This document shows positions 28,495 through 38,702 of a DNA stretch of 64,000 bases, piece after piece. Both the position numbers and the translations under genes were made by a program. Origin of the DNA: Octopus sinensis (taxonomy: Eukaryota); assembly GCF_006345805.1 (NCBI RefSeq), contig NC_042999.1, positions 71,920,001-71,984,000 of the forward strand, read 5' to 3'. The notes under the pieces were generated by a model that was not told the origin of the DNA, did no database searches, and worked only from the letters and a program-made list of their open reading frames with translations. The first letter of the stretch is position 1; each line of letters opens with the position of its first letter.

Positions 28495-28790
28495 TTAATC
28501 CAAACAAGAAAACACAAAAAGAACACAGTAACGCGAGGACGTGGAATAAATAAATTATTATTGGACGCTCAGGAAAGACGGGAAGAAGGGGGGGCTTAAC
28601 GTTTCGAGCGGAGCTCTTCGTCGGAAACATAGGAGAAAGAAAGATCCCGAGAAGGGAAGACAGAGGAAAAAAATCGCTGGGGGTACTCACGAGGTCACAT
28701 ATTGAAAGACCGGAAGTTGAAAGGTGGAAGAATGATATTTTTAAAAGACAGGAGAGTTTCAAAGACAGTATGGTAAGGACAAGGAAATGT
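28495..28790 (-). mobile_element. PLE-type terminal fragment abutting (TA)n, containing a minimal hammerhead
   Basis: Contains the HHR motif at 28595-28627. Its minus-strand 3' end runs directly into (TA)n. Confidence 0.6.
28595..28627 (-). ncRNA. Minimal hammerhead motif (U4C variant)
   Basis: Minus strand TTT-CCGACGA-A-GAGC-TCC-GCTC-GAAA-CGTTAAG. 4-bp stem II, AACGTT palindrome, weak stem I. Confidence 0.55.
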
Positions 28791-29383
28791 GTGTGGATGT
28801 GTGCGTACGCGGAGGTCTGCCGGTGCGCGTGTGTGTGTATGTGTGCAATGATGACACGTGTGTGTGAGGGGGGTGCGTGTGTGTGAGGGGGTGCGTGTGT
28901 GTGTGCATGTGTGTATGGCGAACAACTGGCTAGTAGCTGGCCAGTTTGTAGGAATAAGGAGTGGTGATTTTTGTGTCCAGCACAGGTCGAAAACAAAGAG
29001 GTATGTGTGTGTGCGTGTATATATATGTATCGTGTGTGTGTTTTGTTTGTAGTGTGTGTGTGTATGTGTGTGTTCGTGTGTGTATGCGTAGAGTTTGGGA
29101 ATGTGTCGAGTAACTGTGCTTAACTTAGTGTATGTGTGCGTGTGTGCTTGTACGTGCGTGAGTGTGTATATATATGTATGTATAACTGTGTGCGTGTATG
29201 TATAATTGTGTGCCGTGTGTATGGGATGTATGTGTGGGTTCATTTGTGTGTGTGTTTGTATGTGCGTATTGTTGTGTGTGCGTGTATGTGTGCGTTTGTA
29301 TGTGTGTGTGTACGTATGTGTATGTGTGCGTGCGCGTGTAGGTATATATTGTGTGTATGTATATATATATATTTGTGTGTGTG

Positions 29384-29420
<37 letters not shown>

Positions 29421-29440
29421 ATGTTATGTATATATGATAC

Positions 29441-29671
29441 TGATTAGAAGATCGAAAATCCACCTGAAGATTGTCGGAGCAGACATGAAACATTTGTAGT
29501 GGCGGTTTATTTAATTTATATTAAAATTTTATGTATTGATTAAGTCTTTCCTTGTTTGGTTTTAAAATAGTGGTTTTGTCTCGAATTATATTATATAATA
29601 TTTTACTATAAAATTGGATTTAACCCTAAATCTGATTTTTCCCTGTAATTTTGGATTCATTCCCTAATATT

Positions 29672-29675
<4 letters not shown>
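29441..29675 (+). mobile_element. Short HHR-bearing PLE pLTR-like repeat, copy 1
   Basis: Diverged direct copy of ~29910-30128. Same 3' end TTCCCTAATAT followed by (TA)n. Confidence 0.8.
29460..29502 (+). ncRNA. Minimal type-I hammerhead ribozyme
   Basis: CCAC-CTGAAGA-TTGTC-GGAGCA-GACAT-GAAA-CATTTG-TA-GTGG, GUA triplet. Confidence 0.75.
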
Positions 29676-29720
<45 letters not shown>

Positions 29721-29820
29721 ATATATATAATATTATTAGAGACAAAACCACTATTTTGCAAAACAAACAAGGAAAGACTTAATCAATACATAAAATTTTA
29801 ATAAAAAGTCAAAAAAACCG

Positions 29821-29863
29821 CCACTACAATTGTTTCTTGTCCTGATCGACAATCTTCAGGTGG
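29821..29863 (-). ncRNA. Minimal hammerhead ribozyme (antisense arm of palindrome)
   Basis: Exact mirror of 29913-29955. Confidence 0.85.
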
Positions 29864-29912
29864 ACTTCCAATAAGTCAGTTTCAAATAATTTGAAACTGA
29901 CTTATTGGAAGT

Positions 29913-29955
29913 CCACCTGAAGATTGTCGATCAGGACAAGAAACAATTGTAGTGG
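29913..29955 (+). ncRNA. Minimal type-I hammerhead ribozyme
   Basis: CCAC-CTGAAGA-TTGTC-GATCAG-GACAA-GAAA-CAATTG-TA-GTGG: all three stems paired, palindromic stem III ACAATTGT, GUA triplet. Confidence 0.88.
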
Positions 29956-30119
29956 CGGTTTTTTTGACTTTTTATTAAAATTTTATGTATTGATTAAGTC
30001 TTTCCTTGTTTGTTTTGCAAAATAGTGGTTTTGTCTCTAATAATATTATATAATATTTTACTATAAAATTGGATTTAATCCTAAATCTGATTTTTCCCTG
30101 TAAATTTGGATTTATTCCC

Positions 30120-30211
<92 letters not shown>

Positions 30212-30259
30212 ATATAAAGTATTCATGCGACGATATATTATCCTCATAAGGGAATATTA

Positions 30260-30540
30260 TATTCTCCGTTTTTTGTCTTTACTTCCGTACACATTCGCTA
30301 GCTTTCTTTAAAAGGGGTTCTAATGGTCTTAGCTTAGACTCTTTTGGGGCAACCAGATCGAACACTTTTGAGTGTAACTGCCCGAAACGGTCGTGACTTC
30401 TGGTACTTGACTGACGAAAGAAGGCCACGAACGACCCATCTTTTTTGCCTGTGCTAATTGTTGTTTCTCTTGTCCGCCTTTGTATCGTTTATCTGTCCGA
30501 ATGTTTTATTGTCCTCTCTTGCATTTTTATTCCATTTTTA
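30260..30540 (+). repeat. Interspersed repeat (possibly PLE-terminal); a related copy lies at ~54850-55070 on minus
   Basis: Shared GCTTTCTT..AAGG..TCTAATG.TCTTAGCTTAG and CTTTGTATCGT.TATCTG segments. Both copies abut (TA)n. Confidence 0.6.
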
Positions 30541-30545
30541 TATTC

Positions 30546-30582
<37 letters not shown>

Positions 30583-30654
30583 CGTGTGTGTGTGTGTGTG
30601 CGTGTGTGTGTGTGTCTGTCTGTTTGTCTGTCTGTGTGTGTGTGTGTGTGTGTG

Positions 30655-30875
30655 TAGGGTTAACGAAAAGTCACCTGACAGTAAATCAACGCTATTTAAA
30701 TTCAATATTAAAACAAAAGATTATTTCATAAATAGACAAATGTTGAACAGAAACGGGGATTTTTACTCACAGCATTTTATTAAACATTTATAATTGGAAT
30801 GAATAAATAAAATTTGATATTAAGTATATATGGAATATTTGATTTACTGTCGAGTGCCTTTTGACCACCCCTGTA
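30655..30875. mobile_element. Tc1/mariner-type MITE
   Basis: TAGGGTTAACGAAAAGTCACCTGACAGTAAATC versus reverse complement of the right end TACAGGGGTGGTCAAAAGGCACTCGACAGTAAATC. TA ends. Confidence 0.6.
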
Positions 30876-31158
30876 TATAAGTGTGTATGTGTGTGTGCGA
30901 GCGCGTGTGCGCTTGTGTTACAACACAGAATCCAAGGTTCCACACTTCGAAATAATTAAACATGAACTACTATTGGAACTTACATACCATATACAGAAGA
31001 TTTTTTTAAACACTTTTATACCCCACTTTCCTCGAATAATGGAGCTGCAACTACAATATCTTCATATATTATATAATAATATATTCTCTATCTCCTTTTC
31101 CATAACAATTCCACATTTCGAACTCAAATATTTACCTTTATTTAACCATTTCACATCA

Positions 31159-31206
31159 TCTCTGATGAAAGAATATCCATAATATCCCAGAAAAAAAGCT
31201 GTAAGA
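31159..31206 (+). ncRNA. Degenerate hammerhead motif in a PLE-like 3' tail (~30920-31270)
   Basis: TCT-CTGATGA-AAGAATATCCATAATATCCCA-GAAA-AAAAGCTG-TA-AGA. Core intact, stems II and III eroded. Followed by (TA)n. Confidence 0.5.
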
Positions 31207-31269
31207 CTATATCTATATCTCTTTCCTTATAAATGTCCCGAAAACTCACAGCCTTGGCTTTGTTATCTC

Positions 31270-31354
<85 letters not shown>

Positions 31355-31474
31355 TATAATATATATAGAAACTCGGGGTGAGTACTTGATAATTATAAGC
31401 ACCTGTGTATACCGTTTGGTGGTGTAGGTGGTGGAGTAAATTGATCAAAATAAAAACATGATGCCAAGGATTCA

Positions 31475-31552
31475 GCGGTACATATGTTTCGGGCCTTTAT
31501 TAGACAGATTTATAACAATGCATAATGTATGTCTGTGGCCTTCTTCAGCCGC
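31475..31552 (-). ncRNA. Hammerhead ribozyme with extended stem II (antisense arm)
   Basis: Mirror of 31991-32068. Confidence 0.78.
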
Positions 31553-31990
31553 GCACAACAGCTTCCACAAGGACATGTGTTACATCAAAAATTCTTGGTT
31601 GGGGATGCAAATCCTCTCATTCGCGTACGACATAATGCGGCAACAGCATAGAATTGAAGCGTCCATCTCTTTCTTCTCTCAATGTAGAATGAGGAAATTT
31701 GGATGTTGAAGTAATGTAAGTAAATAAATACATATATAGACGTGAAGATGGAGGGGCGAGAATTCAGGACGAGGGATAAAAAATGTATAAAAAGTGTAAG
31801 TATAGAAAAGTATAAAAATGTAGAGTATAAAGATATAAAGGGATATAAGGAGATTCTACATTGAGAGAAGAAAGAGATGGACGCTTCAATTCTATGCTGT
31901 TGCCGCATTATGTCGTACGCGAATGAGAGGATTTGCATCCCCAACCAAGAATTTTTGATGTAACACATGTCCTTGTGGAAGCTGTTGTGC

Positions 31991-32068
31991 GCGGCTGAAG
32001 AAGGCCACAGACATACATTATGCATTTTTATAAATCTGTCTAATAAAGGCCCGAAACATATGTACCGC
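31991..32068 (+). ncRNA. Hammerhead ribozyme with extended stem II
   Basis: GCGG-CTGAAGA-AGGCC-(41 nt with ACAGA/TCTGT helix)-GGCCC-GAAA-CATATG-TA-CCGC, palindromic stem III ACATATGT, GUA triplet. Confidence 0.78.
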
Positions 32069-32104
32069 TGAATCCTTGGCATCATGTTTTTATTTTGATC
32101 AATA

Positions 32105-32163
<59 letters not shown>

Positions 32164-32167
32164 GTAA

Positions 32168-32623
32168 GGCGTAGGAGTGGCTGTGTGGTAAGTAGCTTGC
32201 TTACCAACAACATGGTCCCGGGTTCAGTCCCACTGCGTGGCACTTGGGCAAGTGTCTTCTACTATAGCCTCGGGCCGACCAAAGCCTTGTGAGTGGATTT
32301 GGTAGACGGAAACTGAAAGAAGTCCGTCGTATATATGTATATGTATATATACATATATATATATACATATGTATATGTATATATATGCATGTGTGTGTGT
32401 GTTTGTGTGTCTGCGTTTGTCCTCCCAACATCGCTTGACAACCGATGCTGATGTGTTTACGTCCCTGTAACTTAGTGGTTTGGCAAAAGAGACCGATAGA
32501 AGAAGTACTAGGCTTCCAAAGAATAAGTCCTGGGGTCGATTTGCTCGACTAAAGGCGGTTCTCCAGCATGGCCAGAGTCAAATGACTGAAACAAGTAAAA
32601 AGAGTAAAAAAAAGAAAAAAGAG
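32168..32623 (+). mobile_element. Full-length tRNA-derived SINE family A (CORE-like) with internal microsatellite
   Basis: A-box-like TGGCTGTGTGG, B-box-like GGTTCAGTCCC, CORE-like CTTGGGCAAGT, internal (TA)/(TG) tract, 3' end ATGACTGAAACAAGTAAAAAGAG. Confidence 0.9.
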
Positions 32624-32677
32624 TATATATATATATATATATATATGTGTATGTATGTATGTAAGTATGTATGTATG

Positions 32678-32755
<78 letters not shown>

Positions 32756-33306
32756 GTATGTACGTATGTATATATACACACACATACATACAATTCACTA
32801 CTATTCATGTTTTATCTTCTATTACTTCTTGATAACACTTTTGCAAATCTACAGTTTGTATTATTTCCATATAGATTTGACTTACATATTTAACATCTGA
32901 CTGAGATGACGTTAAGTGCACTGCTTTTACATTCACAGTAGCTGAAAGGCATTTAGCTGGGCTTAAAACTAGTTTCCCATAGTGATATATGCATGTGAAT
33001 ATGTGTACACACATACAGGCATAAATATACATACGCACCCTCACCCGCGTATACATATGTATGCACTACACACCGCTGTCTTTTGGTTGTCAGACCCACA
33101 TATTGTAAACCAAAACTTGTTTTAGGCAATGGTAAGAGAAATATTTTTAGATAAGATATTAATCAGTCCATATTCTCCACACAGATGGAGATAATTGTTT
33201 TCGTTCTCTCTCTCATTCTCTCTTTTCCTCCCTCTCACTCTCTCACTCTCTTAGAACATACGTGTGTGTGTGTGTGTGTGTCTGTACTTGTGTATAAATA
33301 TGTATG

Positions 33307-33335
<29 letters not shown>

Positions 33336-33338
<3 letters not shown>

Positions 33339-33700
33339 AGTTTTAAATACCTTCATGTGAAACGTTTTTGAGTGAGCTCATAAGCCATATGATGGAGTCT
33401 CGCGGGAGGAGGCACTGGAGATTATTATCTCCAAAGAAAACATACTCAATAAATGTTCAGAGGTGGTTATATCTTGTAAGCATAAAATTTAAAAGATCCT
33501 TTTTGGGACTGGAACAAAGCATTATGAAACAGAAACACACATCAACCATCATTAGCATCAAACCAAGCAACAGAGGGAATACCCAAATGAATTAAACAAA
33601 AATCAAAAAAGACCTTATATACAACAGATGATTTATTATAAGGAAATTGTACATAGTGGAGCGTAAATATCAAGGACCCAACATAATACTATGAGTATTG
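33336..33700 (+). mobile_element. PLE GIY-YIG C-terminal relic
   Basis: NILNKCSEVVISCKHK resembles the LNKRSE...CRH terminus of PLE ORFs. Begins at a (TA)n tract. Confidence 0.5.
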
Positions 33701-33883
33701 ATTATAATTATTATACAATTTAACGTAAGAGGAAGACAATGAACGTGTGGTGCCATCACTAGCAAATGTCATGCCCACCATACCATGGAAATTGGCAAAA
33801 TAGCAAGGACCCATATGAAATACTTAATGATACCAGCTCCTCGCATTCTCCCCTTCACTGGCGACAGACCAAAATGACGAACT

Positions 33884-34106
33884 CAGCGAGCTGGCAGAAT
33901 CGTTAGCACACCGGGCTAGATGCTTAGTGACCTTTCGTCCGTCAAATTTTACCGAGTTCCAATTCCACCGAGGTTGAGTTTGTCCTTCATAATTTCGGAG
34001 CCGATAAATTAAGTATCAGTGAAACACTGAGGTCGCTGTAACTCACTCATCTCCTCCCCCAAAATTGCTGCCCTTGTGGCAAAATTTGAAACCATTATTA
34101 TTATTA
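33884..34106 (+). mobile_element. SINE family B with (ATT)n tail
   Basis: GCGAGCTGGCAGAATCGTTAGC...GAGTTCCAATTCC...CCGATAAATTAAGTA...AAATTTGAAACC(ATT)n. Confidence 0.88.
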
Positions 34107-34107
34107 C

Positions 34108-36893
34108 TTTTTTTTTTCTTCTTTCAAATTTGCTTCCATTTCTTGCCGAGTGTCTTCCCGACTCCTAGGGCAAAGAAACTCATAGTATACATTGGTAGGC
34201 CATTAAACCAAACTCAATAGTTCGTTCATTTTTTTTTATTTTTTTAAGTTAAATTAAAATACATGAGCAGCAACAGTTCTCACATCGACAATGCTCTTCT
34301 CAATACGTGTGATGTACCAGTTAAGACAATCTTTTGCACTTCTTGCAGGGATGGTAAGCCAGGGATCATTCTCATATAATTTTCGGTTCCCTTCTTGATC
34401 ATTCCTAGTGCTCCTACGATCACTGGTATTGTAACCGCCTTGTGATGCCACATTTTCTCAATTTCAATGAGTAGGTCTTTATATTTTCTGAGCTTGTCAA
34501 ACTCTTTCGCTGAGATATTATGATCACAGGGGATGCTCATGTCGATCAATAAGCAAACTTTATTGTTTTGGTCTTTCACAACAATATCTGGTTTATTGGC
34601 CTTGATGGTTCGGTCTGTTTGTACTGGAAAGTCCCACAGAATGGTTACATTTTCTCCTTCAGTTACAGCCTCAGGGTGGTGATTATACCACTTGTCGGCA
34701 GTTTTGATATTGTAATGCCGACTTATTAGCCAGTGTAGATATTGGCCAACTCTGTCATGTCTTAATTTATACTCCACTGGTGCTAAGACTTCACATCCAG
34801 AGATTAGGTGGTCCACTGTTTCAATCATGTCTTTGCAGAATCGGCATTTTGGGTCTGCTCCATTTTTCATCACATTGGCCTGGTAGTTCCGGGTTAATAG
34901 GCTTTGATCTTGAGCAGCCAGGATGAAACCTTCGCTCTCTGCTTTTAGCCCTGAGCTCCGTAGCCACTGATGGGTTTGCTTCTGGTCAACATCAGCTTGT
35001 TTGCTGCGGGTCACATATTTGCCGTGCAGAGGTTTCTCCTCCCACCTATCAGCCAATTGCTCGTGCGCTTTCTTCATTGCCATCATTGTTCAACATAGTT
35101 CAACACATTGTAGCTATAAGTAACAACTGGAACTGCTAAGGAATTTATAGCTAACACCTTGTTACGTGCATTTAGTTCAGATTTCAGGACTGCACGAACT
35201 CTCCTATAACATTCCTTCCTGATTTTCTCTTTCATGCGTGCATGCTGAATACCAGAGCCTTCATTTATCCCTAAATATTTGTATGTTTGTTCTTGCACAA
35301 GCTCTCTTATGACTGTGTCAACATCTAACACGACTGAATTTGTGGTCTTCACTTTCCCTTTCTGGAAAGTGGCCTTGGCACACTTCTCAAGTCCAAACTC
35401 CATCCCGATGTCATCGCTGAATGCTTTCACGGTGCGCAATAGGCCTTCAAGTTCATTATTGTCTTTACCATAAAGTTTTAAGTCATCCATATAAAATAGA
35501 TGGCTTATTTTTTTATTGGCAATTTTATACCCATACCCTGTTCTGTTTAATTCACTTGTAAGGGGTATTAGGACTATGCAGAATATTAAAGGTGAAAGTG
35601 AGTCACCTTGAAAAATTCCACAGTTGATGTTTATATTTTCTGAGGCAAGTACTCCATTAGAGTGGTATAATTGGAGATTCGTATTCCACAACGACATATT
35701 GTGCTTCAGGAAGTTTGAAATCACAGGGGAAATTTTGAAGATGTCCAGCGATCTCAAGATCCATGGATGCGGTATACTGTCGAAGGCCTTTTTGTAGTCA
35801 ATCCATGCGGTGCTGAGATTTCTGCGCTTGTGACAGTTCTCAAGGATCATACGATTGATTAGCAGTTGATCTTTGCATCCGTAAGAGCCTCGGCGGCACC
35901 CTTTTTGTTCAATGGGGAAAGTATCGTTCTTCTCCATGAATGCATATGTTTTCTCCGCCTGGATAGATGTTAGGATTTTATACGTGGTGGATAGACAGGT
36001 TATAGGCCGATAGTTTTTTGGAAGGTTGGTTTCGTTATTCTTTGGGAGTAGGTAAGTAATGCCACTTGCTAACCATTCAGGTGTTTTCTTTGGGTCTCTC
36101 ATAATTCCATTGAGCAGCTGAACTAGCTTACCGTGTGCGCATGGGAGCGATGCGAGCCAGAAGTTCGGCACCCTATCTTTACTGGGGGATTTCCAATTAT
36201 GGGCCTTCGTGAGTGTCTTTCTTAGGTCTGCTATTGTGATGTCTTCCCACGCTTGTTGTAAATTTTGGTAGGATCCTTCAGTTTGTATAATCCAGTCTGC
36301 ATTTATGTTGTACGTCTTCTTGTCACTCCAAATCCTTTTCCAAAAGTTTTGAACTTCTTCCATGGGAGGGGGATCTTTAACGGTTACTTTCTCCTTCCTT
36401 ATTTCTCTGTAGAATTTTTTGCCATTAGATGTGAACAGCTTATTTTGCTTGTAAAACTTGTTTCTCTTCTCAAATCTTCGTATTCTTTGGGCTTTTGCTT
36501 GGACTTTTTGTTTCAGCGTTTCTTTTATTGATATCAGTTCTTCTCTTGGTGAGGATCCAAATTTTCTCTTCATCTTTCTTCCTGTTCTGGATCTTACATC
36601 ATTTCCACATATTAGTTCATTTAATATTGATATTTCCCCTCTCATAAATTCAATCTCTTTTTCAATTTTACTTCTCCAGGTTTGATTTCTTCCCAGGTTT
36701 TGTTTTCTTTGTTTTTTCGGGGGCATACAGCTGGTTTCAATTGCCCTAGCAGAAGCGTAAATAATTTCATTTAACTCAGTAAAATCAGGTTTTAATTCTC
36801 GTATTATTTCATTTGTTACATAGTTGCCAATTTGGATTTGTTTTTTATTTTGGTTTGTATTTGAGAGTTTATGAAGTGGTTCTCTATCATTCA
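34108..36893 (-). mobile_element. R4/Dong-clade non-LTR retrotransposon (RT + CCHC + RLE), 5'-truncated with internal deletion, in (TAA)n
   Basis: ORF 35083-36894: NYRPITCL, WIDYKKAFDS, GIFQGDSLSP, LFYMDDLK. ORF 34280-35086: CRFC..ETVDHLISGC, RHD, KPDIV..LIDMSIP. (TAA)n on both sides. Confidence 0.95.
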
Positions 36894-36907
36894 TATTATT
36901 ATTATTA

Positions 36908-36964
<57 letters not shown>

Positions 36965-36981
36965 CATTATTATTATTGGTA

Positions 36982-38246
36982 TCTTTTTTTCTTCTTCTTT
37001 CAAATTTGCTTCCATTTCTTGCCGAGTGTTTTCCCGACTCCTAGAGCAAAGAAAACAAAGAAACTCATAGTATACATTGGTAGTTTAGTTTGTTTTTTTA
37101 AAGTTAAATTAAAATACATGGGTAGTAACAGTTTTCACATCGACAATGCTTTTCTCAATACGTGTGATGTACCAGTTAAGACAATCTTTTGCACTTCTTG
37201 CATGGATGGTAAACCCCCTGGTTTACCATCCCTGCAAGAAGTGCAAAATTCTCATATAATTTTCGGTTCCCTTCTTGATCATTCCTAGTGCTCCTACGAT
37301 CACTGGTATTGTAACCGCCTTGAGATGCCACATTTTCTCAATTTCAATGTGCAGGTCTTTATATTTTCTGAGCTTGTCAAACTCTTTCGCCGAGATATTA
37401 TGATCACAGGGGATGCTCATGTCGATCAATTAGCAAACTTTATTGTTTTGGTCTTTCACAACGATATCCGATTTATTGGCTTTGATGGTTCGGTCTGTAT
37501 GTACTGGAAAGTCCCACAGAATCGTTACATTTTCTTCTTCAGTTACAACTTCAGGGTGGTGATTATACAATTTGTCGGCAGTTTTGATATTGTAATGCCG
37601 ACTTATTAGCCAGTGTAGATATTGGCCAACTCTGTCATGTATTAATTTATACTCCACTGGTGCTAAGACTTTACATCCAGAGATTAGGTGGTCCACTGTT
37701 TCAATCATGTCGTTGTAGAATCGGCATTTTGGGTCTGCTCCATTTTTCATCACATTGGTCTGTTATTTCTGAGGAATCCCTCCTCACATTTGCCAATTTG
37801 TTCTCGTCCAAATAGGGCCTACTGTCTTGATTCCGTGTTCTCCATATACTGTAAGAGTTTGCGGTGTGTCTCTCTTGAGATGGTCTACCTAATGCATAGT
37901 AATAAGCGTATATTACTTCTTTATACTCTTCTCGGGTCCATTTGTTCCGCTTACATTTTTCTTTCTGTGGTGGTTTTGGTGGTGAAGTTGGAGGGCTCGA
38001 GTTGGGGAATTTCCCGTTCAAGTGACCATCCATGTCCGTATTCGGAGAAGAATTTATGCCAGTTGATGACTTTTCGATCCCAGGCTGGCTCTTCCCTGGG
38101 GGACGCGCTTCCAGATTAACCATAGGACAAGCGATTTGGTATACTGATTTAGTTTTCCTTTTAGTTTCCAAAAACATTTTGGTGCTACGATAATGTTATC
38201 ATTTTTGAGCTTTGATTGGTTCGTGGGGAGACGGCCATCATTGCCG
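36982..38246 (-). mobile_element. Second R4/Dong copy of the same family: N-terminus fused to the RLE, RT deleted
   Basis: 36982-37760 closely matches 34108-34880. ORF 37701-38177 has the N-terminal KRNKWTREEYKEVIYAYYY...LANVRR region. Confidence 0.9.
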
Positions 38247-38643
38247 TTACAATTATAATCGTACCATTATAGCAGCCGTAGCCGACTTATTATTGTTATT
38301 ATCGTCACTATTATTATTACTATTATTATCACCACTATTACTACCATTATTATCATCATCACCATCACCATCATCATCATCATCATCATCATCAATGATA
38401 TTGTTTTATGTGTAGTCACAGCAGTAACTTATTATTGTTATTTTTGATTTTATCATTATCACCATTACCACCACTACTACCATTGTTTGGGGCAGTGATC
38501 GGTGAAGAGGTCATGCTCTATGGGTCTATAAATAGATTCAGCGGATGGTAGAGAAACAGCCCAAGAGACAAAGGACATTAATGGTCAGGAGAGGTCAAGA
38601 GAGGTCAAACTTTTTTTTTGAAGAGCAGTAATAATAATTATTA

Positions 38644-38701
<58 letters not shown>

Positions 38702-38702
<1 letters not shown>

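Larger units (their letters stand above)
29724..30128 (+). mobile_element. HHR-bearing pLTR-like repeat, copy 2, with perfect 164-bp inverted 5' arm (palindrome 29724-30052)
   Basis: Arms 29724-29887 and 29889-30052 read as exact reverse complements around base 29888. Both ends lie in (TA)n. Confidence 0.9.
31369..32103. mobile_element. Palindromic HHR-bearing element: 251-bp arms (31440-31690 / 31853-32103), 162-bp purine-rich spacer, ~70-bp one-sided tail
   Basis: Arms are reverse complements with one mismatch seen. The whole unit lies between two (TA)n tracts. Confidence 0.9.

Noticed and set aside
30345-30435. GGGCA/TGCCC-GAAA and a downstream CTGACGA as a possible permuted hammerhead
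   Set aside because: Could not assemble a consistent three-stem fold. Kept only as a repeat.
31458-32085. Twin ORFs starting MMPRIQRYICFGPLL on opposite strands
   Set aside because: A by-product of the inverted repeat. They run antisense to the ribozymes and have no recognisable domain.
32168-32245. tRNA gene
   Set aside because: A/B boxes belong to a SINE head. No cloverleaf, and it continues into the SINE body.
35083-36894. 603-aa ORF as a host or domesticated gene
   Set aside because: 5'-truncated, internally deleted retrotransposon RT. The start codon sits at the microsatellite junction.
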